Of a DNA stretch of 64,000 nucleotides, positions 29,553-40,900 are shown one piece after another. Every line of letters starts with the position of its first letter. Position 1 is the stretch's first letter. Both the position numbers and the translations under genes were made by a program. The notes beneath the pieces are model-generated. The model saw only the letters and a program-made list of their open reading frames with translations. It did no database searches and was not told the origin of the DNA. The stretch is from Spirochaetaceae bacterium (GTDB lineage Bacteria > Spirochaetota > Spirochaetia > DSM-2461), in contig JAOPTT010000013.1 of the NCBI GenBank assembly GCA_051531975.1, positions 32,001 to 96,000 on the forward strand, written 5' to 3'.

Positions 29553-30743
29553 CTAAAAACTATATTTGAAATTTATACTAAATATATGTTTAACAGGACT
29601 AATATCAGTTTCTGTAAAATCATCTTCATTAAAATCCATTAAACCAGAATAGGATAAGTTTAAATTCATATTTTCACTCACGTCAATATCAATACTTGGA
29701 GATAACATAAGGTTTGTTGAATCTATACTATAAATAGCCGCTAAACCTAAAGTTGAATTATAATCGTAGAGAGATTGGCTGATATTTAACAATAAGTATT
29801 GTTTGGTATAATATCCACTTGTATAAAGTGGTGTTGGGTCACTTTCTAATAATGTTTTATACTCAAGCCTAGCCTCTTTATTTAAACCTTCATCATTATA
29901 AAAGTACTCAACTGTTACAAATGTATCTGTTTCAAAAAGATACTCCATTCCAATTAAATAATTAATTTTATAATCTGAATAATCTAAATATATTCCCTCT
30001 CCGTATAATCCAATTCCAAACAGATCTTTCTTAACAGCAATACCAACAGAATTCTCTTTCAAATCGTTATCTTCATCCAAATTAATATATCCCGTTCCTA
30101 AAAATTCTATTCCTTCCAATATCAGGGAAAGATCAAGACCAAATCCTAAATCATCATAGTCTGCTCCCATCTCAAATAGTTGCTGATTAAGAGCTGTAAC
30201 TACACGTAGATTCAGTAAATTTTCATAACTCCAAGTTGCAGATATTGAATCAATGCCCAACAATTCAGAATCTGGATTTTCAGGATTTTTTTGAGGGTTA
30301 AGGTTATCCACAGGATTCCATCCATAACCAAAGCCCATAAAGTAAGACTTTCTTCCAACTGATAAAGTTAAATTATCCACGGGAGTATAATCTATAAAAA
30401 GCCTTAATATATTAAAAGTTGTAATGAATTCTCCTGTTTCAGAAACAAAAGAAACTAAACTAGGATCCATATTGTATAACAGAGATCCTATAGGGTAATT
30501 AGAGACCTTAAAAAGGGACTCAAAGTTACTATATTCATCGTAGGATTCAATTTTAAACTGAATAGATGGTAAAAGGCATAAATCATTTATATTCATTACC
30601 TGGTTATCTGGGTTTATTAGTGAATCATAATCGTCTATTGGGATTAACCCCATAGCTTTAATTTCCGATGTTCCACTGAAATTTGTCTCTGCATATAAAA
30701 TTGACACTAAATAAAACATAATTAGAAGTAATATTTTTTTCAT
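29553..30743 (-). CDS. Predicted outer-membrane beta-barrel protein
   Basis: Signal peptide, amphipathic strands, VGR..WNPVD motif, C-terminal Phe (FKYSF). Confidence 0.65.
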   Translation of the reverse strand: MKKILLLIMFYLVSILYAETNFSGTSEIKAMGLIPIDDYDSLINPDNQVMNINDLCLLPSIQFKIESYDEYSNFESLFKVSNYPIGSLLYNMDPSLVSFVSETGEFITTFNILRLFIDYTPVDNLTLSVGRKSYFMGFGYGWNPVDNLNPQKNPENPDSELLGIDSISATWSYENLLNLRVVTALNQQLFEMGADYDDLGFGLDLSLILEGIEFLGTGYINLDEDNDLKENSVGIAVKKDLFGIGLYGEGIYLDYSDYKINYLIGMEYLFETDTFVTVEYFYNDEGLNKEARLEYKTLLESDPTPLYTSGYYTKQYLLLNISQSLYDYNSTLGLAAIYSIDSTNLMLSPSIDIDVSENMNLNLSYSGLMDFNEDDFTETDISPVKHIFSINFKYSF

Positions 30744-30751
30744 ATATTTTC

Positions 30752-31507
30752 CTATTTAACCCTTTTTAGATAGCTCTGTGTAAATAGAGAGTTTTTAACT
30801 TTGTCGCTATTAAACTCAACCTGAGTAGTTTTCATTGTAGTAATACTATTTTTTACATTGTTTTTCATGGTCATAATAAATGGGAAATCTACGCTATTTA
30901 TTACTCTATAATCGGATAAAAATAAGGTTTTTATATTTGCACCGTCTTTAAAGTATTCTATTTTTATATACTTAAAACTCTCTTTATCGATATAAGTTAA
31001 TAATTTATCATATCCAGAATTTTTCCTGTTTATTGGTGTAAGTTCAATTTGATAACAACTAACCCCATCTATTTTTTTATCGCCAACTAAGTTTAATGTG
31101 TAATTTGAAGCCATGCCTTCTCCACCGCTACCCATATCTTCATAAGAAAAATCAGAACCCCCTGATGAGTTTTTTTTAGCTGAAGAAGAGAGCTTTCTAA
31201 CCCTACCAGTCGATGCAAACTTTACCCACAGATCGTCTCCAACCATTAAATTGGCATTACCTTTCATTTTTTTAGGGCTTTGATAAATACTTAGTGAATA
31301 ATTTATACCATCTTCTATAGTGGAATAACCTAATACTATTTGTGTTGGTTGCTTTTTCCCATTTCTTTCAATGGTAATCTCTGTTTCACTGTAAAGTCTT
31401 TTAAGTTTAAAAGATGCATCTGCTTTAGAAATGATCTCGTTTACATCAATTGCATATGCTCTAACCATTGCTGTTAATATAATTAAAATGAATACTATTT
31501 TTTTCAT
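30752..31507 (-). CDS. Outer membrane lipoprotein-sorting (LolA-like) protein
   Basis: Signal peptide; SP...KG, RVRKL and GSDFSYED motifs. Confidence 0.85.
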   Translation of the reverse strand: MKKIVFILIILTAMVRAYAIDVNEIISKADASFKLKRLYSETEITIERNGKKQPTQIVLGYSTIEDGINYSLSIYQSPKKMKGNANLMVGDDLWVKFASTGRVRKLSSSAKKNSSGGSDFSYEDMGSGGEGMASNYTLNLVGDKKIDGVSCYQIELTPINRKNSGYDKLLTYIDKESFKYIKIEYFKDGANIKTLFLSDYRVINSVDFPFIMTMKNNVKNSITTMKTTQVEFNSDKVKNSLFTQSYLKRVK

Positions 31508-34191
31508 TTTTTACTCCTTTTCTCATTAATAAATATAAGTAGTGATGGGAAAAATAGTATTGAATAGATAAATGCAAAAATAATTGCACATGCAAATACT
31601 ATTCCAGATTTAGACAAACCAACCATAGGTGATGGTATAAAAGATGCAAAACCAATAACTGTTGTTATTGAAGTTAAAAGTACAGCGGATCCAGCATGTT
31701 TAATAACCTTATCCATACTCCCAACACCTTCAAGCAGATATCTATGGCTTATGTGTATAGCATCATCAATTCCAATTCCTATAAGTAGTGGTATTGCTAT
31801 AAAGTTAATAAAATCAAAATCAATTTTAAAGATTGCCATCACTGCAAATAGACTAATAAAAGATAGTATAAGTGGTGAAATTGTCATTAAAGCCAGTTTA
31901 AAGCTTTTAAAATCTATTAGTAGAAGTATAAAAACAATAATTAGCGCAAGGGTTGATGTTTTTACACCATCTATTTTGGTCATATTTGTTAATTCATCAG
32001 AGGCTAGAATCATACCAGTAGCTCTATCTGTTACTGACTGTACCTGTTGTTTATATATCTCCCTAAACTCTTCATGCCATGGATTACTAATAGGTGTAAT
32101 ACTTATTAGATAGTCCTTTCCATCAGATGATATAAATGATTTTTGTATATTTTCAGGAAGCATATTAAGTACTACTTTGTCTGTATTACTCATTGTTATT
32201 AACTTATTTACAAGCATTTTATCAAAGACAATCTGAAAATTGTTTAAACTGTCTTGTACATAATTTTCATCTTCAATTATCTTAAAAAGTCTATCAAACA
32301 CCGAAACTTTGAATTTCTCATTATTATCATCAAATCCCGTTACCTCATTTAAAGCATTTGTCATTTTCATCATATTGCCCATATATGACATTTCAGAAAG
32401 CTCCATTAAATTTGCTTCTAGTCTATATAACTCATCTAGCAGTAAAGCCATATCTACATTAGGAATAGTTCTTAAACTTAATATCTTTTTAAAATTATTT
32501 AGTAGTTTAGTTCGTTCTAAGAATTCACTATCTGTTGGCAGATAATCAGCAATTGATTCTACACTTTTTACTGATGATAACTTTTTAAGCTTATTAGAAA
32601 GTTCTTTTGTATCAGTTATAGAGTCACTTATTATCATAAGACCATCTGGAGCCATTTCAAACTCTTCTACCATCTCATCCTGTAGTTCTATTGATCTGAG
32701 ACCTTTAGCTTCCATCTCCATTAAATTGGTTAATATGCCGATGTCTTTAATATTTATAGAAATTAAAGCCACAAATATAAGTGTTATAACGATAATTTTT
32801 TTATTATATTTTGTTACAAAAAGTCCAATCCCCGATGCTATAGACGCTTTAATTTTTGTTTTTAAGACTATTTTTTTAGATCCTCTTTTTTCTCTAAATG
32901 ATAATAATAGGGGTATTAAAACTAAAGTAGCCAATAACTCACATATAATACCAATACCGGCTATTAATCCTAACTCTTTTAACATTGTTGTATTACTTAT
33001 TAATAAAGCCAAAAATGCTACTGCAGTTGTTAAAGCACCTGTAATAACACCTCTACAGGTTTCATTATAGGTTATCTCTATTGCTTCTTTGTAGTTTTTT
33101 CCACTCTCTTTCTCAATTACATAATTTGTAATTATATGGATAGCATAATCAACTCCAAGGCCTATTAAAGCTATCATATACATAGCTGTAACAATATTTA
33201 ATCTACCTACTGTAAAACCTGTAACTCCAACGGTCCATATTATTCCTGTAATTAATGGGATCCCAATAATAAATGGGACACTCTTCATTTTAAGAACAAC
33301 AATTAATACGGTTAAAATTAAAATGATTGCTATAAAAAGTGAAACCACAAATCCATTGGAAGATGTTGTCATCTCGTCTCTACTTACTGTACAAAGTCCA
33401 GTTAAATCAGCAGTCAGTCCATTTTTTTCTGCAATCTCTTTTACAAGATTTTCCACATAGTTTACTCCAGGGACTAGAATATTAAGGTCTTCAATTCTAA
33501 AACTAGGAAGTACATAGATTGCCGCCTGACTGGTATCTTTGTTAAATAGATATTCCTCTCCATAAAGATAATCTGACAATGTTTCATCAATATTCTGGTC
33601 CCCAACAACATTCCCTTTAAGACTTTCTTCTATTAATATTAGAATATTCTCTAGGTTTTTAAACTGAGCACTAACTGCCTGTTCATCTTCTTTAAGGTTA
33701 TCCTCATTTCCTGAATACTCTTCTTCAAAATCGTTATTCATATTTGTAATAAAGGAAACAACTCCACCATCTCTATATAGGTCAGATATTCTGTTAATAT
33801 TTTTAGGTTTTGTTAACATTAGCCCGTGGTTTTTAACAAGATCTTGATCAACTTTCCCAAGGACACTGCTTATATAATCCTTGTTTTTATTTAACTCGGT
33901 CGTAATCTCATCAACTGTTTTGACTAGAAGTTCCTTAGCAACTATTGGATCTTTTATATTTTTAGCATCCACAACTACAGTCATGTTTGATGCAAAAGGA
34001 AAGTCATCCATTATTTTTTTCAGATCTTTAAACTGTTTTGTATGATCAGGTAATATAGAGAAGAAAGACATCTCCATTGTTAACCTTGAGGCTCCTAAAA
34101 TCATAATTATTGTTAAGAGTAGACTCATTAACAGTACTTTTACCCTGTTTTCTGTAATCCATACAGCAAAACGTCCTAAATTTATTTTCAT
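31504..34191 (-). CDS. MMPL/RND family transporter
   Basis: Two repeats with GLGVDYAIH and GIGIDDAIH. Start moved to ATG 34191, which has GGAG upstream. Confidence 0.9.
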   Translation of the reverse strand: MKINLGRFAVWITENRVKVLLMSLLLTIIMILGASRLTMEMSFFSILPDHTKQFKDLKKIMDDFPFASNMTVVVDAKNIKDPIVAKELLVKTVDEITTELNKNKDYISSVLGKVDQDLVKNHGLMLTKPKNINRISDLYRDGGVVSFITNMNNDFEEEYSGNEDNLKEDEQAVSAQFKNLENILILIEESLKGNVVGDQNIDETLSDYLYGEEYLFNKDTSQAAIYVLPSFRIEDLNILVPGVNYVENLVKEIAEKNGLTADLTGLCTVSRDEMTTSSNGFVVSLFIAIILILTVLIVVLKMKSVPFIIGIPLITGIIWTVGVTGFTVGRLNIVTAMYMIALIGLGVDYAIHIITNYVIEKESGKNYKEAIEITYNETCRGVITGALTTAVAFLALLISNTTMLKELGLIAGIGIICELLATLVLIPLLLSFREKRGSKKIVLKTKIKASIASGIGLFVTKYNKKIIVITLIFVALISINIKDIGILTNLMEMEAKGLRSIELQDEMVEEFEMAPDGLMIISDSITDTKELSNKLKKLSSVKSVESIADYLPTDSEFLERTKLLNNFKKILSLRTIPNVDMALLLDELYRLEANLMELSEMSYMGNMMKMTNALNEVTGFDDNNEKFKVSVFDRLFKIIEDENYVQDSLNNFQIVFDKMLVNKLITMSNTDKVVLNMLPENIQKSFISSDGKDYLISITPISNPWHEEFREIYKQQVQSVTDRATGMILASDELTNMTKIDGVKTSTLALIIVFILLLIDFKSFKLALMTISPLILSFISLFAVMAIFKIDFDFINFIAIPLLIGIGIDDAIHISHRYLLEGVGSMDKVIKHAGSAVLLTSITTVIGFASFIPSPMVGLSKSGIVFACAIIFAFIYSILFFPSLLIFINEKRSKK

Positions 34192-34201
34192 TTCATCTCC
34201 C

Positions 34202-34222
34202 ACATACCTACCGTAGGTATGT
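34202..34222. promoter_or_regulatory. TetR operator candidate
   Basis: Perfect inverted repeat ACATACCTAC-C-GTAGGTATGT just upstream of the MMPL gene. Confidence 0.75.
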
Positions 34223-34239
34223 TATGTTGTTAAAAAAAA

Positions 34240-34836
34240 TTAAACTTTAATTCTATTCCATAAATCATCAGCAAATGTCTTCATTAATTCATTATCTTTA
34301 TCTGAATAAAATCCTGTCATTAACATTCCCCCCTCTGCCATAGTAGTTATTTCTAAAGCTAATAATCTTGGGTGTATGTCAGTTTTAATAAAACCTTCTG
34401 CTTGTTCTTTTATTATCATACCCTCTAACATGTCTAACATCTGTACATATGACTCTTTAAATTTTACCTGCATATCAGGAAACTTCTTCATCCCAGAATA
34501 CATAAGACTTGTAAATGTAATTGAATCAAAATGAATCTTTATTCCACAGATTTTTTCTAGCATTTCATCAGCATTTATATAGTTTAAAAAAGTTTTTAAC
34601 ATTGATTCTACATTTGGGTTTTCCGGTAACATTGAGTCAAAAAATGATTCCATGGAAGTATTAATAAAATTAAGACACTCTTCAAATAGTCCATCTTTAT
34701 TTTTAAAATAGTGATAGATAGCACCCTTAGTGACGTTTAAAGCTTCAGCAATACTATTTAAAGAAGCTCGATCATAGTCATTTTCTGTGAAAAATTTTAG
34801 TGCCTGTATTGTAATATTTTTTTTTGTCTCGTTCAT
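34240..34836 (-). CDS. TetR/AcrR family regulator
   Basis: SLNSIAEALNVTKGAIYHYFKNKDGL helix-turn-helix. Confidence 0.95.
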   Translation of the reverse strand: MNETKKNITIQALKFFTENDYDRASLNSIAEALNVTKGAIYHYFKNKDGLFEECLNFINTSMESFFDSMLPENPNVESMLKTFLNYINADEMLEKICGIKIHFDSITFTSLMYSGMKKFPDMQVKFKESYVQMLDMLEGMIIKEQAEGFIKTDIHPRLLALEITTMAEGGMLMTGFYSDKDNELMKTFADDLWNRIKV

Positions 34837-34845
34837 AAAACCTTC

Positions 34846-34864
34846 AACATACCTTGGGTATGTT
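34846..34864. promoter_or_regulatory. TetR autoregulatory operator candidate
   Basis: AACATACC-TTG-GGTATGTT; same ACATACC half-site as the 34202 repeat. Confidence 0.65.
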
Positions 34865-34904
34865 TTAAGTATATTGGATAATGTAAAACATTGTCAATGA
34901 TAAA

Positions 34905-37900
34905 TTATTCAATAATTAATGTTAGAAGTATTGTGATTGCTTGCTTCATTTTGTATTTATTCAGAAGTGACTTACACTCAATTATACTATTTAAAACTTC
35001 ATCTTCTAAAATAAAGTCTTCAAGGTCATCCAGTATTTCTTTTGCTGGTTTAGGTTTACGTCTTTCTAATGAGTCTATAACTATCTTAATTTTTTGATTT
35101 AATTCTTCAGAAGAAATAGGCCTTTTTTCAACTTGGGGTTGTACTTCTTTAATAAAAAATCCACTTTTATTTACATTTAAAGCTATGGATTCTAATTCCA
35201 TACAGATTCTATTTATAATTTTATCTACAGGTATTGAGTTTTTAAGCCCCGATTCTAACTCTTTAGCTTTTTCCTGTATTCCATCAATTCCTAGGTTTCC
35301 ACTAACTCCTTTTAAAGTATGGGCAACTCTTACAGAGTCCTCTCTGTTTTTTAATGATGGATCTATAATACTTTTAAAGTCTTTATACTCAGTCAAAAAC
35401 TGTTCTAATAAATTAGTATACACTTTAACATTATTCCCAACTCTAATAACTCCTGTTGATATATCAACACCTTCTATTACAGGAAGATCTTCTTTTTTTA
35501 TCTCTTTGGAATCTTTAGAATCTCTGGAATATCCCTCAGGCAGATTTCTATCCCTTGGTTTTATCCACTTAGCTAATGTCTGCCAAAGCTCGTGGGTATC
35601 TATTGGTTTAGTAATATAGTCATCCATTCCTGACTCAATAACTGCATCCCTTACTCCGGTCATTGCATCCGCTGTCATAGCAACAATAGGTAAATTTTTA
35701 AATGATCTATCTTTTCGGATCTCCCGTGTAGCGTCGTAACCACCTAAAATAGGCATCTGTAGGTCCATTAAAATAATGTCGTATTCTTTTGTTTTGTTTT
35801 GATCTATGGCAATTTGACCATTATCAGCTATATCTACAAAAAATCCTTCCCCCTCTAATATCTCCATAGCTACTTGCTGATTAATTAAGTTATCTTCAGC
35901 TAATAAAATAGATGCTCCCCTAACTTTATCAAAGTTTTCTGGATATTTTTCACTACCACTGTGTTTACCTTTAAGTGTTCTGTAGCCAAATATTTCAATA
36001 ATAGAATTAAAAAGTTGTGACTGATTTACCGGTTTTAGTATAAATCCATCAAATCCTGCTGGTTCAATCTTCTTAAGTATATTTTCATGACTATCACTTG
36101 TAACTAATAAGTATTTTGGTTTTTGTGATTCCTTGAGTATGTTATTTATATTTTCTAATGTTTCAAAACCATTCATTTCAGGCATAACACAATCCATTAA
36201 GACTAAATCAAATGGTTTTTCATCATCTTTTTTACTTTCAAATAGTTCAACAGCTTGTTTACCACTTTCAACTGCTACTGACTTAAAAGAAAAATCTTTT
36301 ACATAAACACTTAAGACTTCCCTACTTGTTTCATTATCATCAATAATTAAAACGTTTAACTCTTTTATATCATCTGGAACAACATTTTTCTCTTGTTCTT
36401 CACCAATGTCAAATACTCCTGTAAAAAAGAATGTTGAACCAACACTAGGAATACTATCTACTCCAATATCTCCATTCATCATTTCAGATAGTCGTTTACT
36501 AATAGTTAAACCTAAACCTGTTCCACCAAATTTTCTTGTTGTAGATGTATCAGCTTGGCTAAAAGCTTGGAACAGTTTACCTTGCTGTTCTTTTGTTAAA
36601 CCAATACCAGTATCTCTTACAGAGAATTTAAGAGATACTTTATCCTTTATCTCTTTAAGTAGTTCAACAGATACAGCTATTTCACCTTTATTTGTGAATT
36701 TTACAGCATTATTAGTAAGGTTTAATAGGATTTGTCCAAGCCGTAGAGGATCCCCTTCTAGGTTAATTGGAACATCGGTACCAATATTAAATATTAATTC
36801 TAGCCCTTTATCCTGGGTTTTATCCCCTATCATACTTCCTAAGTTGTCAAATACTTCGTGGACGTTAAAGGGTATAGTTTCCATAGAAAGCTTTCCCGCT
36901 TCTATTTTAGAAAAGTCTAGAATATCATTTATTATTCCTAGAAGACTTTTAGCGGAACTAGATATTTTTCTAATATAATCATCCTGTTTATCAGATAAAT
37001 TAGTTTTTTTAATAAGGTGTGAAAGTCCAATTATGGCATTCATAGGTGTTCTTATTTCATGACTCATATTAGCTAAAAAGTCACTTTTAGCCTTTGTAGC
37101 TGCCTCCGCAGCATCTCTAGCTTCATTTAAAGCTCTTTCTGATTCTTTTTCTTCGGTAATATCTTGGGCCACACCATACATAAACAGAGCTTTTCCATTT
37201 TCGTCTCTGATAACATCACCAATGGCACGTATCCAAACAATTTTATTGTCTATTGGACGTTTATATGGATATATAGTGTCATATCTAGCTGTTTGACCTT
37301 CTACTGCTTCTCCATACCTTATACCTGTTTCTTCGGCAATTTCCGGATCTGCTTCAATAATTCTGTTTAGCCACTCATCTGTAAGATGGTATGTATAACC
37401 TTCTTTATGTACTTCCCCAAAAATATCTGCTGCACGTTCAGAAGAGGTATAATATTCAGGGTTACTATAATCGATAGTCCAAAAACCAGCTTTTGTTAAA
37501 TCTAAAGCATTATCTGACTTAAAATTTACTTCTTTTATGTTTTCTTCCATTTTCTTCCGATCAGAAATGTCTAAAATGGTACCAACTAAATGTATAATAT
37601 TACCTTTTTCATCATATTCAGGGTTACCTTTCTCATATACCCACTTTGTTAAACCATCATTACACAATATACGATATTCCATAGACCAATGTTCATTTTT
37701 TTCAATAGCCTCAGATGTTGCTTTACTTATAAAATCTTTATCATCTGAATGAACGATACTTTCATATGTTCTATTTTTATTATTTATAAAGTCTGATGCG
37801 GGATACCCAGAAAGAGTTTCGATCTCTTCACTTAAATAAACCATAGTCCAGTCTTTATCCATTAGACATCGATAAGCTGTACCAGGGATTGTTGCAACTA

Positions 37901-40900
37901 AGGTCTGTAATTGCTTTTCACTATTTTGTATTTTAATTTCTGCATCTTTAATATCAGTAATATCCTGAACAACACCATACATTGTTATAGGATTACCTTT
38001 ATCATCCCTTACAATATCACCGATAGTTCTGACCCAAATAGTCTTCCCATCCGAGGGTCTTTTATAGGGATAACTTGCATCAAATCTTGGTACTCTGCCT
38101 TCAAAAGCATCTATGGATGCTCTTTCAGCGTCTTTTGCATATTTTGGGTCGGCATCACTAATATGTTTTTTCCAATCATCAATAATATGAAACCGGAAAT
38201 CATCTTTTTCAGGTTCACCTAATATCTGGGATGTTCTTCTTGAAGAGATAAAATAATCGGGGTCAGAATAATCAATTGTCCAAAATCCCGCTTTGGTTAA
38301 ATCTAACGCAGTTCCTGACATGTAATTAATTTTTTTTAATTCTTCTTCACCTTTTTTTATTTCGGTTATATCTATTAATGTTCCAGTCATTAATAAGGCT
38401 GTTCCATCAGACTTTCTTTTTGTAACATCTGCCCGAGCTGTTACCCAACTAAGAGTCCCATCTTTTTGTAGTATTGGATATGTGGCTCTATATACATCAT
38501 ATTTTCCAGATACTGTTCCAGAGAATCTTTCCAGAGTTTCATCAACAATATCCTTACATTCACTATTAAATTCAGAAGTTTTTACTAAAGATGTCATCCA
38601 ATCACTTATACGATAATTATTCCCAGACTCATTTACAGGTATACCGATCATGTTTACAGTTTTGTCTAAACTATGAAAAGTATCCTCCTCTGTAAAATCA
38701 ACCCAAAAGGCTCCAATATCAGCAGCATCCAAAGACCCATAAACAAGTTGATTTAAAAGTGTTAATTCTTCTTCATTTTCCTTACCTATTGTTATGTCAC
38801 TTACTGATCCACTAGTTCGTATAGCTAAACCATTTTTATCTCTAGTAGATTTAGCTCTTGCCCTAAACCATCGATATTCACCACCTTTAATTCGCATACG
38901 ATAATTTATATCATATGGAATATCGCTTTCTAAATGATTATTAAAAGCTTCAATTGAAGTTTCTTTATCGTCAGGATGTATGTGAGCAGCCCAAGTATCG
39001 AATGTATGTGAAATTTCGTCTTGTCTATAACCTAAAAGTTCTATATACCTAGGAGAAAACCAATTTACCTTACTCCTAGAATCATATTCCCATAAAGCAT
39101 CACCAGAACCAGCTAGAGCTAGTTCAAACCGCTCCTGACTCTCTACAAGCAGATTTGTTCGTTCCCTGATTTTGTCTTCTAATTCAACTCTAAGTTTTGT
39201 AGATTGTCTTTCACGATATCGTATAAAAAGTATTAATAACCCTAAAAATATAATGACATAACCTAAAATAGCAAAAGGAGATTCCCACCAGTAAGGAAGA
39301 ATTATCATATTAACAACTAGTTCATTTTCTTCTAATGTTCCTAAAGGATTTAATGTTCTAACCTTGAATTTATACTCACCAAAAGGAACCTTTGCATAGG
39401 ATGCAAATTGAACATCGTTTAAAGGGCTTATCCAATCCTCATCATACCCTTCTAACATATACTGAAATGAGTTTCGTGATGAATTAAAATAACCTAAAAC
39501 TGCATACTTTATAGTAAATGTATTTTGTGACTTTTTTAAAATAAAATAGTCTAAATACTGTTTATTTTTATCTATCAGAGGCAAGGACTCTATCTCTTTT
39601 CCTGAAAGACCTGTCTTAATTTCAACTAGTTTAATAGGAATATTACTTTCTGCCTTTTTAACTTTTTCTGGATTAATAATTGTCATTGTTGTTGTTGACT
39701 TAATAACAATAGAACCATTGTTTTTTAATATTCCTGCTCCATCATTATATGAGAAATCTCCAACACCATTAATTCTATCAAAATTTTGAATACTGTTATT
39801 AGTTGGATTAAAATATTTTAATCCATTCCTTGTTCCAAGCCATAAAGAACCTTTTAAGTCAGGTACTATAAAGTGGAATGCATCTGAATCAAAACCAGTA
39901 GATATTCCAAAATATTCATATCCTTCTGTTGTTCTTCTGTTTAAGCCGCCATTTGTACCTACCCACTGAGTTCCATTAGAGTCAAAAGCTACAGAATATA
40001 CTTCACTACTACTTAAACTTCCTTTATCACCACTTCTATAAAAAGTAAATTTACTATTCTTTAGATTAAAACTAACCAATCCTTTAGTCCAACTAGTTAA
40101 CCAGAGAAGTGATGAATCCGCTGGGTCAATTGTAATGCTTTGAAAGTCATTTATAGTATCTGTTGTTTCTTTATTATCAGGAGAATATATCCTTCCAACC
40201 TCTTTATGCAAGTCAAAACTATAGAGACCTAAAGTTGTTAACATCCATAAAAAATTATCTTTTACAACCATACCTTTTAAATTATTATTTTTAGATAAAG
40301 TTCCAGTTTCTAATAATGGAAGTTCTAGATATAAGTTTTCGACTTTATCCAATAGGTTTTCTGGAGATGGAAGTTTATCACCTATATTCAGTGATAAAAG
40401 AGTCTTAGTACCTAAAACCCAAAGTCTGCCATTTTTATCTTTACTAATAGATTTCCAGATTTGATTTGGGATAGAGCTATCCCCACCACTTAAGTCACTA
40501 TTTTTATAAAAGAGAACAGACCCATTCTGTAAAATAACATTAATACCTCTGTTTGTTGGGATCCATATTCTTCCATAATTATCTTCAATTGGAGGATATA
40601 AAAGGTCTCCCTGAAATCCGGTATCAGATGAGGGACTCTGCTTAAAGTTGTTAAAAGCTGAAGGTTCTATACTAAATCTATCAATACCTTTAAATCGAAG
40701 TCCCGCCCATACTAGTCCGTCACTACTTTTTAACAGTGTAAGTGCCAAGTTAGCATTAATACTATAAGGGTTATTTGGGTCATTTTTATAATATTCTACT
40801 TTATTACTTTTTATATCATACCGTACAAGACCACCTCGATTTAGGTTTTTAGATGCTATCCATAATACTTCGTCATCATATATTAAAGAGTAGGAAAGAT

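Noticed and set aside
28170..30312. oriC suggested by three TTATCCACA boxes
   Set aside because: All lie inside coding sequence (Val-Asp-Lys/Asn codons on the minus strand) and are widely spaced
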